Part shown: positions 20,910 to 31,675 of the stretch, in pieces
How positions within the stretch are numbered: position 1 is the stretch's first letter
How the letters are laid out: the number at the start of each line of letters is the position of its first letter
Virus record (IMG/VR): IMGVR_UViG_3300037587_000923
Span: 18,046-82,045 of that record
Reading direction: 5' to 3' (one strand)
DNA from: a virus
DNA length: 64,000 bases
The notes under the pieces: generated by a model
Databases searched by the model: none
What the model was told of the DNA's origin: nothing
The model's input: only the letters and a program-made list of their open reading frames with translations
Translations under genes and position numbers: made by a program

Positions 20910-20918
20910 CTTATCCTC

Positions 20919-23900
20919 TTAAGCTGCGTAATTCTTAATAACTTCTTTTGTTTTGCCGTTGTCTTTTATATCTTGCTGAACCACTTCGGTTATGGCGGAA
21001 GGGTTCTCTTCGACTAAGGCCTTGAAGGACTTGGCGTCAACTGCGTTTATGTTGTAAGTGACCTGCGTGGCTCCTTGCTCTTCGCCAGGCCTGAAGCCGG
21101 TACCATACTTAGTAGCTTGCAAGTCGAAGTATTTGTAACCTCGATCACCGCCTCCGCCACCGCCAGCTGCCATGCTGCCACCACCTTTTGCTGACATGCT
21201 GGCGAATGTCTGTGCGGCTATCATTCCAGCGTTTAGGTATCCCATTTTTAATGCGGTAGCTGCCATAGGTATGGTAGTAGGCGGCCCCGGTGGGTTAGCT
21301 AACGCAAGTGCTGCTGCTTGGTGAGCCGAAATTATAGCCTGCCCGAAGGCTGCGGCTTTCATTGCCAAAAAGAGTTTTTTGTTTTTTGATCCACTAGCCA
21401 CATAAAGAATGTCCATAAGACCAAGCGTCATGTTTATGTTATTCTGCATGGCGGAGAATCTCATCTGGTTGGACTGATCTTCTATTTGAGTCTTAGCTTC
21501 CTCTTTTGCTCTCGCTATTTCGACTTCTGTTGCGCCACTCTCGCGCAGATATTCCAGGTAACCATCGCGAGCCAATTTCATTTGGTCTAGCTTGTTCTGC
21601 ATGCTGAGAAGTTCTGAGACTTCAGCTGGTATTGCACCTGCCGTCTGTGTCTCTACTGATGGGACTCCCGCCTTCTGGCCTCGGAGCTGCGCCAATTCTA
21701 ACTCAAGCCTTGCTATCTCGAGATCCTTGTCTTTACTTCCGATCTTCTCTGCTCTTATGGCATCAAGCCTTGCCTGTTTCTGCCTTATGAGTATATTAAG
21801 TTTTTTGTTTTCAAGCTCAACCTCTTTCATCAACCCTTCGACAGGACTGATGGTCTTCATGATCTTTCTGATATTGAGAAGCTTCTGCTCGGCCTCTAGT
21901 TTGAGCTTGGCATGACCGGCCTCTATTTCTCCGAAATCTAACTTCCTGGCTTCGGCTGCTTGAGATTTTCTGAGGTTACCTGTTTCGGAAATTAAATCTA
22001 ATTGTTTAAAGTAGGCCGCGACTATCTTACCCAAGATGCCTTCTTGTTTAAGCAGTTCTACTCTTGCCTCGGGTGATGCAATCTTAGAATTAAGCTTAGC
22101 TGTAACCTTTGCACGCTTCTCTTCGAATTTAAGAAGGGTCAGATTAGTCGTCGCAAGGTCCCTGGCTGTCTGCAGCCCTATCTTTGTGATAGGATCGGTT
22201 TCCTTGAGATCAGCAAGTTTCTGCTGTAGACCTATAACCCCTTTCTGCGCCGCCCTTAAGGCGTTAGAATAATCTTTGGTGCGCCTTGTGAGCTTGCTTA
22301 GGGATACCCTTACCTTGTTAGCAATTTCCTCATAGGCCTTGTAGTCAATCAAGAGCTTCTTCATCTCTTTCTCGAGCCCTTTAGCATCTATCGTGCCGGC
22401 CTTATGTTCTTTATTGATAGCTCTTGCTCTTGCAACAAGCGCATCTCCTGTCTTCTCCAGGTATTTCCTGTAGTCCGCTAAAGCCTTCAACTCATCGGTG
22501 GTAGATCTTCCCAGTATCCCCGATATTGTTTCGGCTGCAAGCTGTCCGGGCTTTGTCTCTGCCAGAGCAGCGAAGGCTGTCCTGAATGAATGAGCTATCT
22601 CACCTCCAACCTTCCCTGCTTCGCTCTTTAGTTCCTTTAGCCGATACGTTGTTTCTTTGACCTGATCGGAAAACTGCTTGATCAGTGATTCCTTTGCGCT
22701 TTTACCAAGATTATCGAATGCTTTTACTTGCCCGGCTAATGATTTTTCTAGTTTTCCGATCCGAACATTATAGGCATCGGTTGACATGCTCATCAGATCC
22801 ATCTGGGCCACGATCTCTCTTATCTTTGCAACCATGGGCAGCTTGGCAATCGGATCTTTAATTTTATCCCACGCCTCGGAAAGCTTAGTGACGGCCTCCT
22901 CGAGTCGTGCCTGCTCTGCCCTTAGCTCAGCAGCTACTTGAGCCTGCCTTCTAGTTTTCTCGATATCTTTATCCTTGGCGAGAGCAAGTTCATTCATCTT
23001 CTTTTTGTTCCTGGTGAACATGGCACCCAGGGCACTCAAAGCACCGATCAACGCTATTGATGCATAAATATATGGATGTTTCGCAAGCACCGCAAGGGCG
23101 CCACTGAAACTAATCGTTGCAATCGTCAATCCCTTAAACATTGTAATAAGTTTCTTGCCATGAAGAACCATTGGGATAATACCGGCCGCAGTTGTGAGAG
23201 CCAAGGCTGCTCCGAGGCCGGTGAGCTTTTCTGCGAGAAAGCTGAGCACAGCTGTCGCGTCCCTGAATCTCTGTAGTAAGAAGCCCATCACGTCAGCCAT
23301 ACCTACAATTGCAGGCACTGCAACATCACCTATTTGTGTAACAGCTATATCCAGCTGGTTCCTCATCTTCATTAAGGCGTTTCTGGGGCCTTCCATTGAT
23401 TTTTTTAAGGCATCGTTAAGCATGTTTTGCTTTGTGATCTTCTTTTCCATATCATCAAATGCTTCACCGGTTGCTATTATCGATGCGGCCAAAATACGGC
23501 CTGCCCTTACGCCAAGGATGTCCATAGACTTGGCAGCGCTGAATCCAGCATCCCTTAATCTCGTTATTATCACAGACATTTTATTCATGGTAGGGTTAAT
23601 ATCGTTCGCACTGACGCCCACCCTCTTGAGCTCTTCTCCAAACTTGGCTGTCGGAGCAACAAGCTGTGTCATTAACTGAGACAAGCCGGTACCTATCGTT
23701 GATGCCCTGATGCCCATATTAGAAAGGACTGCGAGCGCTGCCGAGGTTTCCGCGAGGTTCCTGCCCATGATTGCGCTTGTAGATGCGAGGTAGTTGAAGG
23801 CGGTGCCCAGGTCCTCAACTGTTAGACGTGAGAAGTTAAGTGCTCCGGCGAGTACGTTTCCTATTTCAGGGACCCTGCTTGCTTCGAGGTTCCAGGCAAA

Positions 23901-24872
23901 CATAGCTGTAGTGACAGCTTTGGCAACGGTCTCCATATTCTCGCCGGATACTGTTGTGACGGCCGCAACTGTCTTCATTGCTTCTGCAGTCGCCCTTGCA
24001 CTCAAACCGGCCTGAACGAGCTTAAGGCCCATCTTGGCTGCTTCAGCGGCGGCGAGCGGAGTGGTGCTTGCAACCTCTTTAGCTGCATCGCCTACAAGCC
24101 TTATCTCCTCTTCTGATTTGGCAGTGATGGCCTCTATGTCTTTGAGGGCTTGGTGGAACTCGATGGTGTTACGTGCAGCCCTGGAGAGGGCCCCTGCTAT
24201 AGTGAATATTATTCCGGCAGAAGCAAACCATCTGATCTGGAACTTGGCATACTTACCTATATCAGCAGCGAAGCTACGCACATGCTCCATGTTCTTGATG
24301 GCATCTTTAGGGATGAACTGGCCAGCGGCTAACTGCTCCCGTTGTCCCATGAATTGCTGGCCGGCGCCTCTGGCAATAGATAAAGGTTGAGCGCCTGTTG
24401 CGCCTCCTAGCCCCATGCCCGCCTTTCCGGCCTCACGCATCTTACGAACGTAGCCGTCGAGAAGCTTGACGCCCTTCTTGAGTTCTTGGTTGGAGTGCTT
24501 TTGCTTATTGAGGTGTTCCGTGATGTGTGTTAATAGCGCACGATATTCTTCCTTGGTAGCCTTGACTCCGGTGAGCCCCTTGCGGTAGGCGATGGCGCCG
24601 GCAGCCTCTGCTTTGGCTATCTTCTGAATCATCTCGAGGCGTTGCCTGCCGAGGCCAACAGCCTTCTTGGTGGCTTTGGCGGTTGATTCTGATATCTTAT
24701 TTTGTGACGCTACTATCTGGCTGGATAACTGATTGACATTGATCTTGCCAGCCCCCCCGGCGCCGGCACTGATCTTGTTGAATTCATTCCTAATACCCTG
24801 CACGAAGCCTCTTATTTGTCTAATTGCCGTCTTTGTGTCGGCTAAGACTCTTATTTCAAGCTTCGTGGCCAT
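20919..24872 (-). CDS. Tape measure protein
   Basis: 1317 aa, Ala-rich helical, TP901-type core, C-terminal NINAVDAKSF. Confidence 0.92.
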   Translation of the reverse strand: MATKLEIRVLADTKTAIRQIRGFVQGIRNEFNKISAGAGGAGKINVNQLSSQIVASQNKISESTAKATKKAVGLGRQRLEMIQKIAKAEAAGAIAYRKGLTGVKATKEEYRALLTHITEHLNKQKHSNQELKKGVKLLDGYVRKMREAGKAGMGLGGATGAQPLSIARGAGQQFMGQREQLAAGQFIPKDAIKNMEHVRSFAADIGKYAKFQIRWFASAGIIFTIAGALSRAARNTIEFHQALKDIEAITAKSEEEIRLVGDAAKEVASTTPLAAAEAAKMGLKLVQAGLSARATAEAMKTVAAVTTVSGENMETVAKAVTTAMFAWNLEASRVPEIGNVLAGALNFSRLTVEDLGTAFNYLASTSAIMGRNLAETSAALAVLSNMGIRASTIGTGLSQLMTQLVAPTAKFGEELKRVGVSANDINPTMNKMSVIITRLRDAGFSAAKSMDILGVRAGRILAASIIATGEAFDDMEKKITKQNMLNDALKKSMEGPRNALMKMRNQLDIAVTQIGDVAVPAIVGMADVMGFLLQRFRDATAVLSFLAEKLTGLGAALALTTAAGIIPMVLHGKKLITMFKGLTIATISFSGALAVLAKHPYIYASIALIGALSALGAMFTRNKKKMNELALAKDKDIEKTRRQAQVAAELRAEQARLEEAVTKLSEAWDKIKDPIAKLPMVAKIREIVAQMDLMSMSTDAYNVRIGKLEKSLAGQVKAFDNLGKSAKESLIKQFSDQVKETTYRLKELKSEAGKVGGEIAHSFRTAFAALAETKPGQLAAETISGILGRSTTDELKALADYRKYLEKTGDALVARARAINKEHKAGTIDAKGLEKEMKKLLIDYKAYEEIANKVRVSLSKLTRRTKDYSNALRAAQKGVIGLQQKLADLKETDPITKIGLQTARDLATTNLTLLKFEEKRAKVTAKLNSKIASPEARVELLKQEGILGKIVAAYFKQLDLISETGNLRKSQAAEARKLDFGEIEAGHAKLKLEAEQKLLNIRKIMKTISPVEGLMKEVELENKKLNILIRQKQARLDAIRAEKIGSKDKDLEIARLELELAQLRGQKAGVPSVETQTAGAIPAEVSELLSMQNKLDQMKLARDGYLEYLRESGATEVEIARAKEEAKTQIEDQSNQMRFSAMQNNINMTLGLMDILYVASGSKNKKLFLAMKAAAFGQAIISAHQAAALALANPPGPPTTIPMAATALKMGYLNAGMIAAQTFASMSAKGGGSMAAGGGGGGDRGYKYFDLQATKYGTGFRPGEEQGATQVTYNINAVDAKSFKALVEENPSAITEVVQQDIKDNGKTKEVIKNYAA

Positions 24873-25712
24873 GATTCTTACGTTCCCTTCTTTTTGATTG
24901 TTCGTCTCTTATCTGGCCCCGCTCTCCGAGGATTATATCTCTCCACACAAAGTATGCGTTTGTCTCATCTAATAAAGCAGATGGAAGCCTGGTCGAGGAG
25001 GCCATCTCTCCCCCCTCGACCATCTCTATGAATGTTATGATGTTTACAATTCTTTTGTTAAGGGCTGATATGGGACAGCTCATTAACACTTTCTTGAAGA
25101 TTCTTATTGGCGCTGGCTTGTATCTTCCTTCACAGTTTCTGGTTCGCTGGAGCTTTTTTCTTTGACAGTAGCCGCAGTCCCAGACTCCTGAGTCGTCTCT
25201 TTCTCGGAGCCACTCAATGATGGTGACTCCTTGCCGGAGTTTTTTTCCGTTACCTCATCGGTGACACCGGTTACCTCTTGCACGAGATCAGTCATGAGAT
25301 CGTCCGAGAGTAGCTCTATGTTCTCAGAAGAGAACTTTACTTCGTCTCCCTCTTCATCCTTTATAGTCTCCCAGCCCGACAATGCTATTCGTAGTATTTC
25401 CAGGTTGGTCTTTAGGGAGTTGAGTGATATTCGATAGAGAGCTCCCATGCTGCCTTCGGCTAACTTTTCGGATAACTTTTCGGCTACGTCCTTTGTGTCG
25501 CCTTCTGCCACTATGTTTGCCGGAATATCTATGTCGGAGTTGGACATTATTTCGAGATTTTCAAATCTCGTCAGGCTCCTCAACATAAATACTGGAGCGC
25601 CTTCCTGCCCTCTTAGTTCTTTGGGAGTATACTTCCTTACCTTCTTAGATAGCGCTGTTACATTCATCTCTCTTCTCCTGGTTGGTTGAATGTTAGAGCC
25701 CGGGCTGCTCAT
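24856..25712 (-). CDS. Tail assembly chaperones G/GT joined by a -1 frameshift
   Basis: Slippery A AAA AAC at 25245-25239; the -1 frame is open (LRQGVTIIEW...WDCGYC...) and joins ORF 24856-25089. Confidence 0.8.
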
Positions 25713-25774
25713 TTAAAAGCTGGACGAACCAGGACGTCCACCCAGGCATTGAAACCTGGCTCCTATCTGCTACC

Positions 25775-26965
25775 CTACAGCCAACTCGCTGAATAAATTT
25801 CGTTATCGTATCCCCCGCCCATCGCATCAGAAGTATCGGGCTCACATACGAAAGATACGTCGTACTTGAAGAGCCTCGAGTCTACCGTTACCGGGGTCTC
25901 TATATACCTGATCGTAGGGAACCTAACAGCAAACATGTTGCCTGCAGCTGATCCTGCCACGAGTACCAGTTCCGCCCTGGTATCGGCCCTAAGAGCATCC
26001 TCGATCGTCTTGTTTTCATAGAGAAGAGAGAAGGAGCCCTGTACCTGCCTCTTCGTTCTGATGACCTTTGTGATGCCGCTCGTGGTTACCGCTGTCCTTT
26101 TAAACAGTTCGTTGTTAATCTCGAAGGCAACATCGCTAACATCATAGGTAACCCCGCCAATCGTAACGACCATGAGTGTTGCAACGAGAGGGTCGGTTGT
26201 GTCATATGATGGACCTGTCGGGACAGCATCGCTGGAGTCGTTCGGCACGAGGGTGTTCTTCGCCATAAAGTTGAAAGCCGGGACAATGATCTCGCCTGTA
26301 GCCATGCTCATGGCGAGTTGGCTAATCTTGCAACCTGCGGCTCCAGTCCTCACATACTCCGATCCGTCCGGGTTCTGCTTCCAGTATTTCAGGTAGAAGC
26401 TTTCAAGCTCCGCCTTGTTCAACTTGTAATGATAGCCTGCTCCAACAGCTGCAGCAACAGCTGGAGTTGCTGATAGGGCTGGAGAGACAGTGAGGGTGTC
26501 AGTAGCTATGACTGTAATCCACGCAACCTCATAGGCTGTCCCGCCCCCGCCTGCCGGGTCAATAAGGACCGCATCACCCACCGCGAAGTTTGAGCCTTCG
26601 GTTGCGGTAACGGTAAACTCGGTTGCAGATGTCGCACTAGCTACCGCAGAAGCCGTAGAGGAGTTCCCTACCCCAATCGCTGCCTCCCACAATGGGTCTG
26701 TCTCTGGTGGGGTTGCCGGTGTTCCGCTCCCATGCAGTTCGAAATTCAGCGTCCCTTCCGCATTAAGCTCAGCCCCCCTTACCTGTGCCAGTGTGCTAAA
26801 TGTATCCCTTATTACAGCCCTATCTTGCATCTCAGGGTTGTATGTAGGGATAGCTACCCCTTCGTTATGCTCGATCAGGTCCGCAGCCGCAAGAGTGGGA
26901 TCAGTGCCATATGTCGCTTCCTTCTTTATGCCGAGGACGGATCTCGCCTCTAAATACTCAGCCAT
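25775..26965 (-). CDS. Major tail (tube) protein
   Basis: KKEATYGTDP N-terminus; position upstream of chaperones and tape measure. Confidence 0.8.
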   Translation of the reverse strand: MAEYLEARSVLGIKKEATYGTDPTLAAADLIEHNEGVAIPTYNPEMQDRAVIRDTFSTLAQVRGAELNAEGTLNFELHGSGTPATPPETDPLWEAAIGVGNSSTASAVASATSATEFTVTATEGSNFAVGDAVLIDPAGGGGTAYEVAWITVIATDTLTVSPALSATPAVAAAVGAGYHYKLNKAELESFYLKYWKQNPDGSEYVRTGAAGCKISQLAMSMATGEIIVPAFNFMAKNTLVPNDSSDAVPTGPSYDTTDPLVATLMVVTIGGVTYDVSDVAFEINNELFKRTAVTTSGITKVIRTKRQVQGSFSLLYENKTIEDALRADTRAELVLVAGSAAGNMFAVRFPTIRYIETPVTVDSRLFKYDVSFVCEPDTSDAMGGGYDNEIYSASWL

Positions 26966-26990
26966 CTATTGCCTCCTTTTTATAATTTTT

Positions 26991-27230
26991 TTAGTCTTTG
27001 GATTTCTTCTCGGGTTCAGGCTTAAATGAAAGTATCTTTTTGACACTATCGTTTAGGCATGCCGAAAAGTTATCGTGCTTGCCGGTAAGTACATCCTGAA
27101 GAACACTATCTACATGAGACCTCAACCCTTTCCTGGGCTCCAGATATCCCATTATACCGGAAGCGCACTTCTTTTTATCTCCCGACCTCACCATTTGTTT
27201 CAGGTGATTTCCTATATGCATCTCTATCAT
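26991..27230 (-). CDS. Hypothetical protein
   Basis: ORF with RBS GGAGG in the structural operon. Confidence 0.5.
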   Translation of the reverse strand: MIEMHIGNHLKQMVRSGDKKKCASGIMGYLEPRKGLRSHVDSVLQDVLTGKHDNFSACLNDSVKKILSFKPEPEKKSKD

Positions 27231-27240
27231 AAATTCCTCC

Positions 27241-27945
27241 TTATGGGTTATCTCCTATAGGCTCCCTTCTCCTGACTGCCATGGGTGTCACAAGATAGAA
27301 GCCTCCCTCTACTTGCGGGTTAAAATAAAACCTCGTATCTTGCAGGGTTATGTCCATTATGGTCTCGCCATATGGTACGAGTGCTGCGCTAAGATCTTGA
27401 TCTCTCTGCATAGCCCTTCTTACCATCTTTGAATACAGAGTCTTTCTGGTTTCTGCTGACTCTTCGTCATTGTCATAAAACAGTGTAGTGATAAGAAAAG
27501 GGTAGGTTGCCTCTTCTTTTATATGGGGTACTGTCTTCTGAACCCAATTCTCAAGCATTAAATAAAGGAAGATGCCCCTGGAATCTTCTATATAGTTGAA
27601 GTTCCTTGGCATCCCTTTTCTTATATATATGTGCTCTCCGGTATCGGTGATATTTGCCTCTGCAAAATTATTATAAAGTGTAAGTTCGGTGTCCGACTCT
27701 ACCGACTTAACTCTATACCATGAGCTAGATCCTGCGATTCTTATAGCTCCACCTTTGACTATCTTATCGCCATCAGCGCCTGAGCTTCGTAGTTCGGTCA
27801 AGAAAACTGTAGATGCGCCGGTAACAGTCGGGGATCCATTCTGAAACGTCAAGGTGCCGATCAGGTCGTTTTTGAACTCGGTAATAATATCAGTATCATT
27901 CCTGAGTTGAGTTATAATGGCGTCCTGTAAATTCTCTGCGCTCAT
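27241..27945 (-). CDS. Putative tail terminator with inserted beta domain
   Basis: Synteny; internal GTLTFQNGS.TVTG..T.F insert. Confidence 0.5.
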   Translation of the reverse strand: MSAENLQDAIITQLRNDTDIITEFKNDLIGTLTFQNGSPTVTGASTVFLTELRSSGADGDKIVKGGAIRIAGSSSWYRVKSVESDTELTLYNNFAEANITDTGEHIYIRKGMPRNFNYIEDSRGIFLYLMLENWVQKTVPHIKEEATYPFLITTLFYDNDEESAETRKTLYSKMVRRAMQRDQDLSAALVPYGETIMDITLQDTRFYFNPQVEGGFYLVTPMAVRRREPIGDNP

Positions 27946-28799
27946 TTTTGCCCCCTAAGCCACACCTCGTATTGCTTCATCTCTCTTTCAATGAAGACTT
28001 CAGACACTCCCCTGGCTCGCATTCTATTTATTTCATCTTGAAGGGATACGCCCATTTCTGAAATCTCTGTTTCTTTTTCAAGGGCCTTAGCTTCAGCTTT
28101 TGGTATAGGTATTTCCTCCACCTTCTCTACCTTCTCACCTCCAGTAGGCCTTACCGAATCTTGTCCCTTTATTGCGGCTGTTAGGACTTGTTGCATATCA
28201 CCCACAATCAAGTCTATGTCCTCACTGTCAAGCACCATAAACTGTATTCTTCTTGATGGAGGACCATATTCAAATGTGCCGAGTTTCCCGGATGCTATAT
28301 GACTATATCTTTTTACATATCCAAATAACTGGACAGTATCACCGGGCCCCCAATGTATTTTGGCTGGCCAAGCTCTATCCCCGGACATCACATCGTTGGG
28401 ATCGATCCTATCTTCAGCATCGGGGCCCAGGGGATTTTGTTTCTCCTTTGCTCTACCTGATGGATAATGCTGCTTGCCTTGTGGCCAGGTGCCTCCAAGA
28501 AAAATTCTTGCTTCTTCATCCGAGAAATCTTGACTTATCGAATTGAAAGTTGTCCCTGTCAGGAAGCCCGGATCTCCATCATGGGGAAGTACCGGTATTT
28601 TCTTTTTAAAGCTTTGATAGCCGCTACCCTTTTTAACTTGTGCTGCAAAGCGGGCGGCATACTTCCCCTTAGTTTGCCGGTATGCCCTGCTGGCTCCGAC
28701 CTGGTGAAGGTTGCCGGGTTGCATCGCGGATACAAGCCTGCCGACTGTCTCATCGATCTCTTTGAAGTTAGCGACTATGCCAAACTTTACTATGCTCAA
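27942..28799 (-). CDS. Putative neck or tail-completion protein
   Basis: Synteny; P.R..FM motif. Confidence 0.5.
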   Translation of the reverse strand: MSIVKFGIVANFKEIDETVGRLVSAMQPGNLHQVGASRAYRQTKGKYAARFAAQVKKGSGYQSFKKKIPVLPHDGDPGFLTGTTFNSISQDFSDEEARIFLGGTWPQGKQHYPSGRAKEKQNPLGPDAEDRIDPNDVMSGDRAWPAKIHWGPGDTVQLFGYVKRYSHIASGKLGTFEYGPPSRRIQFMVLDSEDIDLIVGDMQQVLTAAIKGQDSVRPTGGEKVEKVEEIPIPKAEAKALEKETEISEMGVSLQDEINRMRARGVSEVFIEREMKQYEVWLRGQK

Positions 28800-29368
28800 T
28801 TACCCTCCAGCTTTATGGATATCTCATAGATCCCTTTCGCAAAGTAAGGATTAATATTTCCACTTATCTTGAGCTGTCTGCCATCATCATCCACTAGGGC
28901 ACTCTTCCTTGTTATGCCGTTTGGTTGACAGTAAAGAGAATATGTATCATCCTTACCGCCGAAACCCGGCAACACGACTCCACGGTCTGACATCTGAGTT
29001 ATCCCACCATCAGTTATTAAGCATGGGATTCCAGTTATGCCATCGACGAACTTCTTTGTTGTATCATCGAGGATCAAGGTTTTTATAGTATGGTTGCACC
29101 TGAAGAGCTTCGCATTATATTTAAAAAACTCGCTCGCTCTTTCATCTGGAACAAGACCAGCCACCAGGTAGTAAGTGAGGGATCCGCCCACCGTAACTGC
29201 TATGAGATCACCATCAACTACTCCGCTGTCTGTCTCAAACCATGCCTCGTACTCATGGGTAACGGCTTTAAGTTTGGGTTTTATATATACATAAATGTTG
29301 ATGTCGGTTGGGGTTCGCTTGATGACCCCGGCAACGCCAACACTCTGGATTGCATCGTTAACACTCAC
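28796..29368 (-). CDS. Putative head-closure protein
   Basis: Synteny, beta-rich. Confidence 0.5.
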   Translation of the reverse strand: MSVNDAIQSVGVAGVIKRTPTDINIYVYIKPKLKAVTHEYEAWFETDSGVVDGDLIAVTVGGSLTYYLVAGLVPDERASEFFKYNAKLFRCNHTIKTLILDDTTKKFVDGITGIPCLITDGGITQMSDRGVVLPGFGGKDDTYSLYCQPNGITRKSALVDDDGRQLKISGNINPYFAKGIYEISIKLEGN

Positions 29369-29817
29369 TATTCATCATCCCTATAATCATGCCCCACGGC
29401 ATCATCTATCAATCCGTGAGGATCCACTATATTTGTAAACAGATCATCTGCTTCGATGAACAAGTGAGCTGTAGTTGTGTCCTCTCTAGCTGCGACAAAA
29501 GCTGCCTCTATCTCTCTTATTAACTCACGAAGTCCTCTTGCGACCTGACTTAACTTCAGGCCTTCAACGTCGAACTTGGGAGTATGTTTCCTGAGCTGAT
29601 CATGGTAAAAGTACAGGTTCATTAACTCAATGAGCCAATACTGTTTCGTTGCATAGTCTTCGTCGGCTACTGACGCAGGGTTTTCATATCCCGTTCTTCT
29701 GGTTGCGTAGTCGTATGCCTTCTCGTCATCACCAAGCTCATAGGTAGAATCTATCCTGCGACCGTTTGTTAACCCTAGAGCTTTAAGTTCTGTTGTATCG
29801 AGATATTTTATAGCCAT
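29368..29817 (-). CDS. Putative head-tail adaptor
   Basis: Synteny downstream of the capsid gene. Confidence 0.5.
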   Translation of the reverse strand: MAIKYLDTTELKALGLTNGRRIDSTYELGDDEKAYDYATRRTGYENPASVADEDYATKQYWLIELMNLYFYHDQLRKHTPKFDVEGLKLSQVARGLRELIREIEAAFVAAREDTTTAHLFIEADDLFTNIVDPHGLIDDAVGHDYRDDE

Positions 29818-29867
29818 CGCATGCCTTTAAAAGGGCAGCCGGTGAGGGCCGCCCTGTAGTTGATTAA

Positions 29868-30296
29868 TTATTCGCCAGTATCGCCTGACTGTTTTTCGTT
29901 ATCGGAAGTTCCGTCTTCGGACCCACTACCGGCTTCAGTGGTCTTGTTGTCTTCGGAGTCTTTGCCCCCGGTAGGCTCATTGCCTTCACCGGAACCATCT
30001 TCCTTCTTAGGAGGATTCTCCACCATCTCAACGAGCTGCTTCTGGGTGTGGTCGTCTATGACAACCTCTATGCCGTGCTTCTCCTTAATCAGGGCAGCCA
30101 GCTCGGTTTTGTTCATCTTCTCCGGCTTCTTATTAACCTTGGGCTGTTCGGCCTTGGCTTCCTCGCATATAATCATACCGGACTTTTTATCTTTCCTCTT
30201 AGCCCAGTAAGCAAACCTTTCGTAGTTCTTATCTTTCGGTGTTATTATCTGACCGGGGGTCTTCCCGAGTATCCTTACATTAACCTTATAGTCCAC
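29868..30296 (-). CDS. Hypothetical protein with Rho-N/HeH-like motif and acidic tail
   Basis: KMNKTELAALIKEKHGI...TQKQLV. Confidence 0.55.
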   Translation of the reverse strand: MDYKVNVRILGKTPGQIITPKDKNYERFAYWAKRKDKKSGMIICEEAKAEQPKVNKKPEKMNKTELAALIKEKHGIEVVIDDHTQKQLVEMVENPPKKEDGSGEGNEPTGGKDSEDNKTTEAGSGSEDGTSDNEKQSGDTGE

Positions 30297-30324
30297 AACA
30301 ACCTCCCTGGTTTATTGTTCATTT

Positions 30325-30358
30325 AAAAAAAGGGGACGCTCAAAAGGGCGTCCCCTTT
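30325..30358 (-). terminator. Rho-independent terminator after the major capsid gene
   Basis: GGGGACGC-loop-GCGTCCCC followed by a T7 run on the minus strand. Confidence 0.8.
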
Positions 30359-30381
30359 CGCACTAACTATGTCATCAGGCC

Positions 30382-31641
30382 CTAAGCGTGTACTTTCAAC
30401 CTGAACCAGTTACACCTTGAGACCTTAGGCCCACCGTCTATACCAGCTCCTATTTCGAGCTTATATGGCACCTTCTCGTTGAAGTGTGTCCATGTGTAGC
30501 GGCCTGGTAGAGGCCTTGTCCAGCTCGCGCCTTTGATGAGGCTAGGAGTAGACAGCCAGTTGTTTGCGGCTACCCTGTCATTCGGTACTGCCGAGAACAG
30601 AACATAGCCTTCAGGGAGAAATTGCTTGTAAGCAGTTACCCTGTCTCCAAGGAGATAGTTGTTGCTCACTCCAGCGGTGAGGGTGATCGTGTTGCCAGAG
30701 ACACCACCAGTATCTATAGTAACTTCCTCCTCTTCGCCGAGAGTGTTCCTCAAAGTGAGGACGTCACCGGCTACAAACTCAGCCGCATTCACTACTTCAA
30801 GAGTAGTATCGGCTGCTGCTGAAGCTGCGGTAAGAGTTGTCTCCTCTGCATAGAGCCTGTTGTCCCTCTCGATATCAAGTCCTGTCAACGTCTTGAATAC
30901 GGCAGTCCTGTCAGCACTCTTCTCTGTGAGAGAAGGAGCGGCAACAACAGAAGCCTTGGTATCGTCAGCGTTGTAGAACTTCTCCAGGGTATTGACAGAC
31001 ATATACGCCTTCAGTGGGGTGAGCCCCAAAGAGGTCAACATGTGATTCATGGAACCGATCATGTCTGCCACAGGAGTTGCAGAGCCAGCAGTGGTCCATA
31101 CACCGCCAGAAGTCCATGGTGGAGAGGACGCATTGTCCGCAGAATACTTGGCAGGAATGTTGGGGTTGTAGGTATAGTTCACGCCATACCTTGCTTCCGA
31201 ATATGTATCGTTTATCAGAAGTTTGGAAGTAACGTACTCAATCAGGGTGTTGAGCCTAAGGTCGAGGAAATTCAAAGCAGCAGTCTGAAGACCTTCGCCC
31301 CACTTCTCGTTCGGTATCGCAGGGTTTACTGCTTTCTGGAGAACAGCCTCGTCATACTGAACGGCCTCTCTCCAATACCCTGCCGTGTGCTCTTTGTAGC
31401 TTGAGCCAGGTATCGCTACCCTGCTGTGATCTGCACCTAACTGAATAGGTGCTGTACGTCCGAATGCCCCGTTCTGGATAAGGTCTATGATCAGATCCTT
31501 ATCAACAAGCTTCATGGGCAGGAACGCATCTGTAAGCTTGAAGGCGTCTGACGCAGGCACAAACTCGTTGATGGTAGAATCCATCACGGCTGGCCTGAAG
31601 ACTCTAGCCTCCTGAAGCTTTAACAGTTCTTGTCCTGTCAT
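30382..31641 (-). CDS. Major capsid protein (lambda gpE-like HK97 fold)
   Basis: 419 aa after protease and decoration genes; W.....TPVADM motif; followed by a terminator. Confidence 0.8.
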   Translation of the reverse strand: MTGQELLKLQEARVFRPAVMDSTINEFVPASDAFKLTDAFLPMKLVDKDLIIDLIQNGAFGRTAPIQLGADHSRVAIPGSSYKEHTAGYWREAVQYDEAVLQKAVNPAIPNEKWGEGLQTAALNFLDLRLNTLIEYVTSKLLINDTYSEARYGVNYTYNPNIPAKYSADNASSPPWTSGGVWTTAGSATPVADMIGSMNHMLTSLGLTPLKAYMSVNTLEKFYNADDTKASVVAAPSLTEKSADRTAVFKTLTGLDIERDNRLYAEETTLTAASAAADTTLEVVNAAEFVAGDVLTLRNTLGEEEEVTIDTGGVSGNTITLTAGVSNNYLLGDRVTAYKQFLPEGYVLFSAVPNDRVAANNWLSTPSLIKGASWTRPLPGRYTWTHFNEKVPYKLEIGAGIDGGPKVSRCNWFRLKVHA

Positions 31642-31675
31642 TAGTTCCTCCTAATATAAAGGGTTAAGGTTTACT

